Positions 1-13,270 of a DNA stretch of 64,000 bases are shown piece after piece (positions within the stretch are counted from its first letter, which is position 1; each line of letters begins with the position of its first letter). Source of the stretch: Eledone cirrhosa (taxonomy: Eukaryota); the NCBI GenBank assembly GCA_964016885.1, contig OZ024742.1, positions 324,694,001 through 324,758,000 on the forward strand, given 5' to 3'. Under the pieces are notes generated by a model, which worked only from the letters and a program-made list of their open reading frames with translations, did no database searches and had not been told where the DNA came from. A program made the position numbers and the translations under genes.

Positions 1-1093
1 TCTCCACCTCCCGTATACTAACACCCACTAACACCCACTAACACCCCCTTAATCAAACTACACACACACCAGTACACCACACTCTCTCCATCGACCCCCA
101 CACCCTTCTCTCCCCGCTCCACCCACACCCTTTCTCCACACTCACTCATCCCACTAACACCTCTACTAATACACACACACACCCTCCTCACTCCAACTTT
201 CACACCTACCCATCCTCGCCCCTTTACCATTCCACCCGACTGCTGCTATGCCCTCTGACCACCTCCCAGCACACACAGACACACAGCACTCCCACCGCCT
301 TGACCACTTCCTGTTCCGCGCGCACCCCACATCTCTCCTCTTCCGACCATCTCTCCATGGATTACTCGTATGTGGAGCTTGACCGCGGAATCAACTACCA
401 TCCTAGGAGTTTACCAACCTTTCAACCACATCTTCTTACGGAATCACCTTTATAACTCACCTACACACACACCCCAAACAAATTTTTTTTCCCGCACGCC
501 ACCTACAGCCACAACACGCTTAAACCCCACACACACGTGCTTTCCACCACATATTTACACCTTCAGCCTCCGGATTCCTCTCCCCCCACCCCTCTATCCA
601 CACACGCACACACACTCCGACCTACACCCCACCCCACACACACCTCTTCCTGAACATGCAACCCCGTTCTTCCCCCAACCCTTGCTTTCACATACACACA
701 CACACACACACACACGTACACCTACACACACACACCACCTTCAGCCCTCCCCGCTCGGACACCCCGTCTCCCTCTCCCCACTCCACCCGCCACCACCCCT
801 ACACACCCACACCCATCCATCACCTGTTTTACCCCATTTTAATTTTATTTTATTTTGATCATGCTTTTATTTTTAATTTCATTCGCACCGTTTCCTCCCA
901 CCCCCTTTTCGCTATATGTCTCTCCACCACTCCCCTACACACCCTTTGAACTCTCTTCCCACACACTTTTCACCTGAAGAAGGGCTTATGCCCGAAACGT
1001 CGTTCCCCACCACCACCCCACTCTCCAGAGCGTGAAATTAATAAACATTCGTTGTACTGCCTCTCTGTTTTGTTCCTGTTCAAATTTTCCATT
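1..1093 (+). mobile_element. Degenerate 3' end / pseudo-LTR of a Penelope-like element
   Basis: CA/pyrimidine-rich tail, minimal HHR motif at 974-1001, AATAAA at ~1040, then a (TA)n tract. Weak remnant of a GIY-YIG C-terminus around 350-430. Confidence 0.5.
971..1003 (+). ncRNA. Minimal hammerhead ribozyme motif (PLE type)
   Basis: CTGAAGA-A-GGGC-ttat-GCCC-GAAAC-GTC, with palindromic ACGT as stem III. Stem I is weak (about 2 bp). Confidence 0.6.
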
Positions 1094-1109
1094 ATATATA
1101 TATATATAA

Positions 1110-1594
1110 TCAAAAGCAAAAGACAACCGAAACCACTGAAAACATTACTCACCAATGCCAAATTACCTACCACAAACCCACAACCAACTGTCAAAAAATG
1201 TGGTCGCTCTAATTGTGGAACCTGCACTCACCCCATTGAAGGCAACACGTATACATTTAAATCAGGACAAAATTTTGCTGTAAAAAATCATTTCACTTGT
1301 TCATCAAAAAATCTAATTTATGCCATTAAATGTAAAGGATGTAATGAAGATTATATAGGACAAACTAAACTCACACTCAGAAACAGAATGACAGTTCATC
1401 GCCAACAATTACGAGATCCAACCACGAGACAGATACCACTAAGCGCATATCTAGACATATGCGCAAGTAATAAGACACCCAAATTCCAAGTCTTCCCATT
1501 TTACTTTTGCGCTGACAATACAACAGAACAAATACGAATAAATAAGGAAAATATGTTTATTCAAAAATATAGACCAGCATTAAATATGGTTTAA
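1110..1594 (+). pseudogene. 5'-truncated Penelope-like GIY-YIG endonuclease fragment
   Basis: ORF 1052-1594: KKCGRSNCGTC...FTCSSKNLIYAIKCKGCNEDYIGQT...RMTVH...KENMFIQKYRPALN. This is a Cys-rich linker plus the LIY/YIG motifs and the terminal E...P.LN motif. The N-terminal part of the ORF is only (TA)n. Confidence 0.9.
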
Positions 1595-2080
1595 TATACA
1601 TTATGTCAACACATACACACACACATAACACCTGCTACTTTAGAAAATAAAAACCCGAACTAAATAAACGTTTGCGCTGACAATACAACAGAACAAATAC
1701 GAATAAGGAAAATATGTTAATTCAAAAATATTCCTACTAACGGAATCATTTTCCTACACACACACACACACACACTATATATATTCTCTTCATCTTAACA
1801 TGCTAACCATACTCCACACACACGTAACACCCACCCCCACACACACACACAATTCCCTCCCCCATTTCTACTAATAGAATCACTTTCCTACACTTTCCTA
1901 CACACACAACATATATATATTCTCTCCATCTTAACATACTCCCACACACACATAACACCCATACACACACACACACAACTCCCTTCCCCATTTCTATTAA
2001 TCTTCCTATACACACACACACACAAACACACAAACACACACACAAACACACACACACACACACACACACGCGCACACACA

Positions 2081-2161
<81 letters not shown>

Positions 2162-2773
2162 GCACACAAATAAACATACATATCTTTACTTTCTTTATTT
2201 CAATAGAAAATCTGAATTCTGACACCCCAGCGAACTAACCATATTCACTGAACCAGATCAATTCTCCCATCCCATTTCTCTTGACCATTATCTTTTGCTT
2301 GTCATAAAATTCTCTAAAAAGGCTACAGAATAAATGTCCAAATACGGGCCCGAAATTTAATGAAAACTTGTTCCCGTGACAGCCATAATTTCATTTATAA
2401 CCAATCAAATTACGTTTATTAAAAAAAATGCCTTTTTAAGTAAAAAGAAATTCAAACACTCATATATGAAAAAAATAACTTAACCCCCCCCCCCCCCTGT
2501 TTGAAGAACTTTGTAACGCGAACTGGTGCGAAATTTATTATAATTATTGACCAATCAAATTACTTCTCTAAAAACCTGGCGTTTCGAGCCACTTTTTTCC
2601 ATTTAAAACAAGTAACATTCAAAGACCAACCCGATGTGAGAAAAACCACCCCCCATCTCAACTCTACTTTTGAAAAGTAGAAGAACTGCGAAACCGGTAA
2701 AGGAACCAAATAAATATATATATATTTTTTTAAATAAGACTATTTAAAAAAAAATAAGACTATTTAAAAAAAA

Positions 2774-2925
2774 AGTAGAAACAATTATTATTATTATTAT
2801 TATCGACCCCGTAAGGATGAAAAGTTAACTTTGCCTTTCATCCTTACGGGGTCGATAAAATAAAGTACCAGTAAGGCACTGGGTAATTGCTGGCCTTGTG
2901 CCTAAAAGTAGAAACAATTATTATT
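2774..2925. mobile_element. SINE family A 3' fragments in a fold-back arrangement
   Basis: ttatcgaccccgtaaggatgaaa followed by its reverse complement tttcatccttacggggtcgataa, then the family tail gccttgtgcctaaaagtagaaacaattatt. Confidence 0.75.
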
Positions 2926-3017
2926 AGGGAATACATATATTCATATAAAATGAATATATATTATCGTATAACTAAGATCAATATATATATATATATTCAT
3001 ATATCTTAGAAAAAACT

Positions 3018-3150
3018 GATTAAATCGATACCAGTGCATTACGGGTCATTTATTTTATCGACCCCGTGAGGATGAAAGGCAAAGCTAACCTCGGCGGGAT
3101 TTGAACTCAAAACGTAAAGTGTCATAACTATGCTGCAAAGTATGGTGTCT
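3018..3150 (-). mobile_element. SINE family A, partial
   Basis: Reverse complement of gagttcaaatcccgccgaggttagctttgcctttcatcctcacggggtcgataaaata. Confidence 0.8.
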
Positions 3151-3200
3151 CACTCATATCAATCTACTATTTGTTTTACTCTCTACAGATTTATATTTAA

Positions 3201-3409
3201 CCCTTTAGCATTTACATTACTTTATATTCACTATCATATTTTCCCAGTAAATGCGTTATCTCACATAATATCAAATCTATGGGATTTTGAGAACTATTTA
3301 TTTTGAGAACAATACTTTAACAACAGTATGAGTGGCCAGTTACAGCCAGTTTGAACTGAAAGAGGTGAGAGAATTCTGACCGGATATGGCTGGTTTAAAT
3401 GCTAAAGGG
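3201..3409. mobile_element. piggyBac-like MITE
   Basis: TTAA|CCCTTTAGCATTTA ... TAAATGCTAAAGGG|TTAA: 14-bp terminal inverted repeats with CCC...GGG ends and a TTAA target duplication. Confidence 0.8.
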
Positions 3410-4550
3410 TTAATAGTACCGTGAGAATTTAGCTTATAATTCTTCACGATTAATTTGTTTTCATTGTGTCTTTTTTTATATTTATTTAATTGCTGTTAAA
3501 ATCTTCTAAGAAAACAAAAAGGACTTTTATATAAGAAATGTAAATGTGGATAGAATATAAACAGAAAATAAGAAAAAATATTTGATGTGGTTTGTATCGA
3601 AGTTTCACTCCTTTTTGGAGTTGCTTTGAATTCTATCTTGTAATTGCTTTCTAAATGTTCGTGTTTAGTTTGATTGATTTATTATATTGTCTCTAACCTC
3701 TTATTGCAGGTAGGTCTAGATAAAATCTAAAATATAAACCTATTAATATTTTGTTGAAACATCTCTGTATAAAATTCAGCTTACTAAATGTGCATTCTTA
3801 TACTTATGGCAGGAATAGCCTAATTTTATTCAGTGTCCTTACTCCCCTTTGGATAGAATTAACATAACCGTTAGTTTCCACAGTAAATTATATGGAACAC
3901 TCGAACTATAATGAATAAACGTAAATTGTCAATAGGAATGGCTGATTGCGTCCGCTTACCTTTGAAAATATAGTAAAGAAAATAAAATTCCTTTCACACT
4001 GGGATGAGATACATTACGATATACATTGTATCCATATGTGTCTAGATACGACATAAATCACTCCCAAGTATTGTAATCTTGCCAACGTAATATTTATTCT
4101 ACCTAGTAAAACTCTCTGGAGATATTTTCACCACTTCGACCAAAAGCAGGCAAAAATATCTTCAAAATATCTTCCAATTGTATGTCCTGCTTGACTTACA
4201 TTCAAACCTTACAGATCGATTGTTATTTATAGCGACGCTTCACGAAGTCCAGCATCATTCTACATCGTGCGAAGAAGTGTTTAGTCAGATATATATTTGG
4301 ATACCATAAAGTTAGTGTAAAGTTAACATACCCATATTTTAATTATATGAGGATATTCAAGATTCATTCTATCCGTCTAAGTATGTTGTTTATAACCCAG
4401 ATAATTTCTAATTAGAGCACAACACTTAAAATGAATAAATAAATGCACAATAAATAAACGTACTTTGTTAGGTTTAAGGGCGTTTGATTACCATATTCAC
4501 GCACACCTAATGTGTACACACACATGGATTTTAGTCTTCAAATTTATTAT

Positions 4551-4617
<67 letters not shown>

Positions 4618-5457
4618 TATATACGCATTGACGCATACACACACATATATACATTTATATATATATGTATACAAATATACACGAATTACTCAATAGGGTT
4701 TAAATTGTATTTAACTTAAACCATGAAGTGCTCAATCGATCAAACAATTACATTCACGTCAATCAATCAACCCTTCATAGAACCATATTCACATAAGTAC
4801 TCATTATTAAGGTGGTAGGTAGTACAGAGAAGTATACTGTGAGTATATTGAATGTTACATCTCAAAGTATAGGCTCTTTCAAAATTAACTATAGTTATAA
4901 ATCTGCTCTCATCTGCTATAGGTTATAACCCAACTAGCTAGGGCTATTTATTATTAAACTCAATAAGCAATTATGCTATTAAACAATTAGCTTGTCAGTC
5001 GATTAAATATCTTAATACAGTTTAATGAACTGAATTAGCAGCTAATGAAAATGGTCAATTAGGTATCGTTAAAAAAATAATCAATCTTTCAAATAACAAC
5101 CCTATTAAATTATTTAGTAAGTTTTCGTTTGCAGATTCATTATTGGATCATTATAGAGCTTCGGGGAATTACTGTGATCTATGAGGTCAAATCCTTATAC
5201 GATTGATTTATATATAGTGAAATATGGAAGAAGGAAAGGAGATATGGTGTGCAGGAGAATGAATTTTGTTGATGGGCAAGGAATTTATTGATGGGAAAAA
5301 TGATTTGGGGATGGGGAGAGGACCGATATGGTGATCGAATCAAGAGTCAACAACCAAAATATTGAGAGATGGATGGTGACTAGTTAGTTGTATCCGGTAC
5401 TTCGAATGCCGGACTCAGTCGAATGATTTGTTGATATCGTGCTAAATAATATTGTTT

Positions 5458-5627
<170 letters not shown>

Positions 5628-5977
5628 GAGCGGGAGAGAGGGTGGTAAGAAGGAAAAAGAGATTATGTACAGGAATATTAAGTTGCACTCCCAGCATATT
5701 TTTAAAGCAATGTAGTTTGAATTCTTGATCAATAATTCAGCTTATGTTAGTAAATCGCTAAGAATGATGCTATAAAAGCTGTAGGCTATAATAAACCTAA
5801 CCGACACTATCTAGGTATTACACATGCAGGAAAAGAGGTGTGGTGATATTCTGCAGTAAATAAAATTCATCTTTCAAGATAATTCTATTTTTGTGTTGTG
5901 GTTGTTGATACTATGAATATCTACAACGACACACACTATAAATGATTAAAGGCGTTGTAGTACTGATGATCTTGTTA

Positions 5978-6170
5978 CAGACCTGTCAACTCTCCCCGTC
6001 CGACGGATCTCCCATCCACATTGGGGTGGGTGAGAGATCTCTTCTCTCATGAAAATAATTATAGCTTTCATTATGTAAAATCTCCCCATTTTGCCTCATT
6101 TCTTTCAGTTTTGGGGGCACTTTTTTTTCATGGTACTTCCTGTTTGGGTTTTTAGAGGTTGGCAGGTCTG
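5978..6170. mobile_element. MITE with CAGACCTG(T/C)CAAC terminal inverted repeats
   Basis: Left end cagacctgtcaac, right end gttggcaggtctg, flanked on both sides by TTGTTA. Confidence 0.7.
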
Positions 6171-6935
6171 TTGTTATCTATTTGCTAGTGTATTTAACCT
6201 TGGCAAAGAAATTGAATTTGATCTGAGAGGAAATTAACTCCAATTTCTGGTGGGTCGAGCGTAAGTGGTTATGTTTGTTTAGCCAAAGATAAATATTGAA
6301 CGAGCAGATTGTCGATCAAATTGGCTGAAACAATGTTTGATGTGAGGGGAAAATAACTGCTATTTCTGGTAGATCAAACATCTGTGGAAATGTTTGCGGT
6401 TGTTTAAGCAAAGATCAACCTGAACGAGTAGATTGTTGATCAATGTTGTTCGACTCGCGATCTCCTCATCTTTTTCTGAGTAATAGTGTATCTTGGATTT
6501 TCTAATAGTGTACCGTTCCTATTCGAAGCACGTAGGATGTTATTTGGCTGTTGTTTATAGACATAGACTTCACGATTACGTCAAATTATTCTACGATTAA
6601 AGGGCTTTGGGGTTAAACAATTTATCTGTAGAAGATTATTTTGTATCTATATCATTAATCATACCAAGAAATATTGAAATATTGTATCAAAATTTAGCCC
6701 AAAAGGGAAATATGCCAATAAGGTAATTTATACGCAACCACGCGCCCCGCTAGATTTAGTGAGATGGATATAACATACAGGAATAGACATAGAGAAATAG
6801 TTGCAGCGTGCAAATCGTGCTTGGTTAAATAAGAAGTCTCTGAAAAATAAAATAAAAGTAATTTTGCTTTACTTGCCGTAAATTTATTGTAAATGATGAT
6901 ATTATTATTATCATTATTATTGTTGTTGTTGTTTA

Positions 6936-7762
6936 GGGCGGTGGATTGGAAGAATTAGGTAGAGCGTCGGACAGCATTCTTCACAGCATAGAGTTACATC
7001 CCTTTACGTTCTAAGTTCAAATTCCACCAACGTTAGCTTTGCCTTTCGTCCTTACGGGGTCGATAAATAAAGCGCCAGTAATGTACTGGGGTCGATTTAA
7101 TAGACTTTCCCTTCCTCTGCAAATTGCTGGCCCTGTGCCTGAAGTAGAAACAATTATTATTGTTGAGAACGGTGGATTGGCAGTATCGGTAGAGCGCCGG
7201 ACAACATCCGTCGCAGCATAGAGTTACGGCTCTTTACGTTCTGAGTTCAAATCACCAGTAATGTACTGGAGTCGATTTAATAGACTTTCCCCTCTTCTTC
7301 AAATCAGTGGCCTTGTGCCTAAAGTAGGAACAATTATTATTATTGGCAGTATCGGTAGAGGGTCGGACGCCATGCTTTGACGCATAGAGTTACGGCCCTT
7401 GCTATTCTGAGTTCAAATCCCGCCGAGGTTAACTTTGCCTTTCATTCTTACGGGGTCGATAAAATAAAGTACCAGTAATGCACTGGGTAATTGCTGGCCT
7501 TGTGCCAAAAGTAGAAACAATTATTATTGTTGCTCTTGAGGGCGGTAGATTGGCAGTATCGGTAGAGCGTCGGACACCATGCTTTGCAGCATAGAGTTAC
7601 GGCCCTCTACAGTCTGAGTTCAAATCGCGCCGAGGTTAACTTTGCTTGTCATCTTTACGGGGTCGATAAAATAAAACACCAGTAAAGTGCTGGGGTCGAT
7701 TTAATCGACTTTCTCCTCCCCTCAAATTGCTGGCCTTGTGCCTATACTAGAAATCATTATTA
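6936..7762 (+). mobile_element. Four head-to-tail tRNA-derived SINE family A copies
   Basis: Starts near 6936, 7170, 7342 and 7540. A-box-like TGGCAGTATCGGT, B-box-like GTTCAAATCC, shared body gcctttcatccttacggggtcgataaaataaagtaccag (partly deleted in the second copy) and (ATT)n tails. Confidence 0.85.
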
Positions 7763-8584
7763 TTGTTGCTCTTTTTGTTGTTTCTATTGTTTCTGAACTG
7801 TGTGCAATGTTTGGATATTTCTATGTCTAAGGTGGCCAACAGCCAAGTCTGAAGCCTTCGCTGTGAAACACTCGGTGACTCCCTTACAACACCAGCAAGA
7901 TCATTATGTACCGTTCCCACATGGGAAAAAGAAAAGTTCGAGTCCACATTCGCAGGATTCCACCAGGACTAGACTTGTGGTGGCTCCTGGGATGCGTGAT
8001 TGTAGAAGGCACAAATGCTGTCCCGTTCGAGGCGACCAAAACAGGAAGGGAGGACTGGTCCGGAGTTGACATGGAGATACTTCTCCAAATCAGGCCAGAG
8101 GACCTTAGAAAAATCCCGAAGCACATCAGTCTCCAAAATGGGATAGTATTGCGACCCCATCTATCTTTCTCGACCGACTAAGAGATGCGAAGATCTGATA
8201 GTTGTCTAAAATGCGGGCTAGTGCGCGTGTCTCGGAAATCATGGTTTCGCTGACGGCAGTCACATTCATATATAATGACTTTGTGTCGTTGAGCAGGGAC
8301 CCTGTCGGCGCCTCTATCCACGTTTTTCCGTCTCAGGGGTACTTTACTCGATTTTCTTAATAATTATTTATAGCAATCGGCTGTTAATATAGTTATTTGG
8401 CTTGGAACATATACATCTCAAATTTGAAATTTCTCCAAACCGTTCTAAGTCAACCAGTGGTTTACACTTCTAGCAACATGCTTCAAATTTTCTAAGTAGA
8501 TGGAATTACTCAGCCATACATATAAGCGTGCGTGTGTGGGTAAGAGTTTATACAGACAGACAGACACGCACACACACATTTCCA

Positions 8585-8822
8585 CAGCAGAGGTTCGACG
8601 CGCTTTTGATTCCAGAGTCAGGCTAGATCGATAGAGATCGAACCTTGAGCTGATCAATAACGAAACGCACGTCACTATTCAATAAACATAATGAAGACAT
8701 AACGAACCGTTCTTTTTATTATTATTACTATCATAATTACACTCTCCTTATTTCTACACCTCTATACCTACTGGAAACTACCCATCGAGTGCTTACTCTG
8801 GTGAACCTACGTTATATTCCCT
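8585..8822 (+). mobile_element. Probable PLE pseudo-LTR tail with the 3' half of an HHR
   Basis: Long hairpin (gaggttcga...tcgaacctt), then GAAAC-GCAC-GTC and AATAAA, ending in (TA)n. No intact CTGANGA. Confidence 0.4.
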
Positions 8823-8829
8823 ATATATA

Positions 8830-8876
<47 letters not shown>

Positions 8877-8917
8877 TAGGTGTGTGTATGTGTGTGCAAG
8901 CGAAAGTGAATGGTAAA

Positions 8918-8948
<31 letters not shown>

Positions 8949-9679
8949 TGAAAGATTCTGAGATAAGAGAGTAAAATAGATATATATTTAAGTGCAAATA
9001 TATGTAGAAACTTGCTGTGGATAAGAAAACAAAAAATTGAAAGAGAAAGTTGACTAAATCAGAAAATAAAAGATATAAATAAACAAATAAATTACGGTGG
9101 GTGGCAGGGTTAATATCACGCAAACATCTCCAAATGCGTACGTACCACTGGGTAAAATTGCATTTCTATTCACGTCACTACACACATGTCCGTTTGGCGT
9201 CACTTATATCCTTCCACAACGGTAAGATGTCAGCCGGGAACACGTGAAAACTGATTGTTTCAGCCTGTGGTATTAGGTTTGTGATGTATGACCTTTTAGT
9301 AATGGCTTCCGTTAGCTTTAATGCAGACATGCGAAATTAGCATTGTTGCTCTCTATATGAATAATGGGCTACTCCGTCGAGAGTACTACATAGGATGATC
9401 ATATAATGTGTACAATGATACAGCTTCTGTGTTTATTCTTTCATTTCACCTCCAGGCAATGTTTCAATGTCAATTATCATTATTATGGATTTTTATTATC
9501 ACATCTAAAGGGCATTTCATTATTTTAAATTGTATTGCACTCTAGTGTGGATCAATATATCTTATTAAATTTGTCTTATCTGTGACTTAGGCATGACGTT
9601 TATTACGATTTTGCCATTTCATCAAGCTGCAAGTTCATTTATGCAATACATTTCTTTTATAGTAGCTCCCACATGTGTC

Positions 9680-9697
9680 GTCGTCACCGTCGTCGTG

Positions 9698-9739
<42 letters not shown>

Positions 9740-9772
9740 ATGGTAGTAGTAGTTGAAGTAGTAGCAGTAGTG
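9680..9772. repeat. (GTA)n microsatellite
   Basis: Direct inspection. Confidence 0.95.
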
Positions 9773-10764
9773 TTTCTACTATTAGCACAAGACCAGCAAT
9801 TGAGGAGAGAGGTATGTGAAAATCAATTATATCAACTCTGTACCTGACTGTTACTCAAATTTCTCGACTTCAGAAGGAAGAAAAGTTGACCTCAGCTGGA
9901 TTTTGACAGCCGGATCAAGTCCCCAGTTTTAACAATTCATTTTTCTCCTTTCGGCACAAGGCTATCAATTTGGAAAGAGGGGAATTTCGATTAAATCAGC
10001 ACCAGTACTTTATTTGTATTTTATTTCATCGACCTTGGAAAAATGAAAGAACTATTCACGGTTTCTAGTTTGATTCTACTCTATAAAAATTTCGGCAATT
10101 TTCTTCTACTCTACCCACAAGTTGACCAATATTTTGTGGTTAGAATTTGATATACAGAAAATGTGCAGGAGTCTCTATACTTATCCTTGAAAATCTGTTC
10201 TTGCTTCAATATCGTAATTGGATGATTCAATAAAATATAAAGCAGTAAAATAGATACTAGACGGAAATAAGTTCTAAGGAGTATATGATAGACTACTGCT
10301 AATCGAGAAGTAACTTAAACGAGAAAAAGAACGAAATAAGAATATATATCCAAATACAAGACATCAACTGATCGATCCGATTTTATGCCAGTTGCCATCT
10401 AGTATCTACCACCGCCGATTTTGAACTATAGCACCAAACATGAGGAAAGAACTGTGCAAATGAAAGGCCTGAAACGGTATCACTGGATGTACTCTGTGGC
10501 AACTATTTCATCATCCTGTACACTCAAGATAGCCGAGACATATCACCAAAGCAAGCATCCAGAGTTTGCAACCTCCTCGATTACCCTCGTTTTCCATCTA
10601 TGCATTATATACAAAAATCTTAAATTTATTAGATTTGAAAAATTCCTATAAAACCTATTACAACACATGGTTTTGCAACTGGTACAACTCTTTCCAAGCC
10701 GAATTATAAAAAAATCCTTAACGCAGTTCTTAGGGAGATTCAGCGTGACACAATATGACAAAAC

Positions 10765-11168
10765 TGGCCCTTCGAATTACAGGTAAAACTCAATTTTTGT
10801 CAGCTGAGTGGAGCAACGTGAAATAAAGTGTCCTTCTCAAGAGCACAACGCACCGCCGTGAACCGAACTCACAACCTTACGATTGTTAGCTGAATACTCT
10901 TACCAGAAAGCCACGCGCCTTCACATGTGTTTATTTTCACTCTGATCGATCGAAAATATACCAGATCTCATTTGCTTACCGAGTGGTGTGGACCTCGTCA
11001 ATCGGACCAAGAAAACAATGTTTCCATTGCTGATACTATCTACCGGTCACAACTCCAGCCAGAAAGAGCAAGGTGAAGGACACAACGCATCACCCAGTCC
11101 GAGAATTGAACTCACAACCTCACGATTGCAAATATAACTCTCTAACACTTAAGCTACCAGCCTTCACT
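10765..11168 (-). mobile_element. tRNA-derived SINE family B, two degenerate copies
   Basis: cagctgagtggagcaacgtgaaataaagtgtcc...caacgcacc...gaactcacaacctt matches the 22696-22968 element. Confidence 0.6.
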
Positions 11169-11677
11169 TTACCTTTACTCTACATAAAGTAGCAATTCAA
11201 CAAAACGCGATCGATAAAATATGTAATGGGCTTAAAAAAAAAACCCCAACAAAACAACAAAACAAAACAAAACAAACTGAAAAAAGCAGATGCGACTTTA
11301 TAAGCTCCTAAATCCTTTCAAAGTGGTGCTCCAGCAAGGTCGCAGTCTAATAATCAAAATAAATAAAATTATAAAGAATACATGTGCATCAGACAGAAAT
11401 TGAACCTGCGATAACAAGCTATGCTTTCCTGTTTAAGACAACAATAGCCTCTCTTTTTCTTGAAGACATATATATTCCTCACAAGATTATCCTTATTCTA
11501 GTTATATTGGTGAAAGTTGTGTTGATTAAACTGATTGTTATATGAAGAATTGACTCAATCAAATACCTATACTGTAGTGTTTAAATGTCATCAACCTCGA
11601 TACTGTTATATACTCACGACACACAAGCACACATTGAGGTACACACGCACACACACACGCACATATGCATACATACA

Positions 11678-11726
<49 letters not shown>

Positions 11727-13077
11727 GTACACACACACACATAAATACATATGTATATGTATATATGTATATGTGTGTGTGTGTGTGTGTGTATGTGTGT
11801 GTGAGAGAGAGAGAGAGCATGTGTATGTCTGTTCTTACATGTACGCATATATATATATATAGGTATACATGGAGGCGCATTTAGGAATATGTGCGTGTTC
11901 AACAAGCACACATACACCGACACACATACACATACATACATACATTCATACACGCATTCACACTTATATACATACGTGCATACATACATATATGCATACA
12001 TACATACATGCACACATCCATGCATACATACATTCATACATACAAACTTACATACATGCATACATACATGTATACATGCAAATATACATGCATACATACG
12101 TACATACATACTTTCATACATACATAGTATATTCTAACATAAATAAGATATAAAGTCTATCAACTTTACATGTAAGTTGCTTCTTTACAAACGTCAGAAG
12201 ACATAAATAAATTTTGATAAAAGATATTCATGCAGAACGTATTTTTTTCTTTTAAAATTGTTTACACGTTGTTCTTGATGTTTTCTTTAACTTAGAAACT
12301 GGTTTTGTAAACGTTGCTCTTTGTTGCTGTTCTAGAAAAAATATATAAATTTTAGGATGACATACACATGATATATTGATATATGAAAGATATAATCAAA
12401 TAGATTATAACATCCATGATATAACGTTTTCATTGAACCAATTGTATTGTGTTCTGGTTGTCATTGTTATTAGTGTTGTTGTTGTCATCGTTGTTGCTGT
12501 CGTTATTGTTGTTGCTCATGTTGCTGTTGGTGGTGTTGTGAGTGACACTGTTGAAAATATGGCTGTTGCTGTTTATTTTCTTGTTGTTGTTGCAATTGTA
12601 GTTAATGTTGGTGTCATTGCAGTTTTTGTCGTTATTATTATTACCCCTGTTGTTGCTGTGGTGTTTGCTATTGTTGTTGTTGTTGCTGTGGTGTTTGCTA
12701 TTGCTGTTGCTGTTGCTGTGATTATTGTTGCTGATGTACTTGTTTATTCATAGGTCAACTCCGAGCAAGCAGACACGCGATCAAAGTGTTCTAACCATGT
12801 TCATCCCTTTGATTATTTTCAGAATGTAGCGAACATGGTCATGCACCAGCAATCTGTCGGCAAAATAGCAATAGGAAGACAACGTATGAGATAAATGAGC
12901 AAGATCAAGCAATGTGAAGGTTGTGGTGGATATTGTAGAAAATATTATGTGGGCTAATGAACGGGAAATATGAAGGAGAAAGATTATGTACATTCAACAT
13001 CCCCTTCACTAGGCTATGTATTTCCATTGATCGACTGATCTAAAAATAAATTATCCAATGTCTCTTTCATTATCAGG

Positions 13078-13270
13078 ATGGTGGATTTGCAGTATCGGTA
13101 TAAGGTCGGTCTCTATGCTTTGCAGCATAGAGTTTCGGCCCTTTATGACCTGAGTTCAAATCCCACCGAGGTTAACTTTTCCTTTTATCCTTACGGGGTC
13201 GATAAAATAAAGTACCAGTTATGCACTGGGATAATTGCTGGCCTTGTACCAAAAGTAGAAACAATTATTA
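13078..13270 (+). mobile_element. SINE family A
   Basis: A-box, B-box, body and tail as in 6936-7762. Confidence 0.85.

Noticed and set aside
2310-2700. Possible degenerate HHRs in the tail of the 1.1-kb PLE (for example gcgaaaccggta)
   Set aside because: No intact CTGANGA partner.
7800-8181. GC-richer segment with a 91-aa ORF (MYRSHMGKRKVRVHIRRIPPG...)
   Set aside because: It could be a decayed LINE ORF1 or an exon, but I recognise no diagnostic motif and no clear splice context.
12376-12753. Hydrophobic Val/Ala-rich 'membrane protein' ORF
   Set aside because: It is a degenerate (GTT/GCT)n simple repeat.
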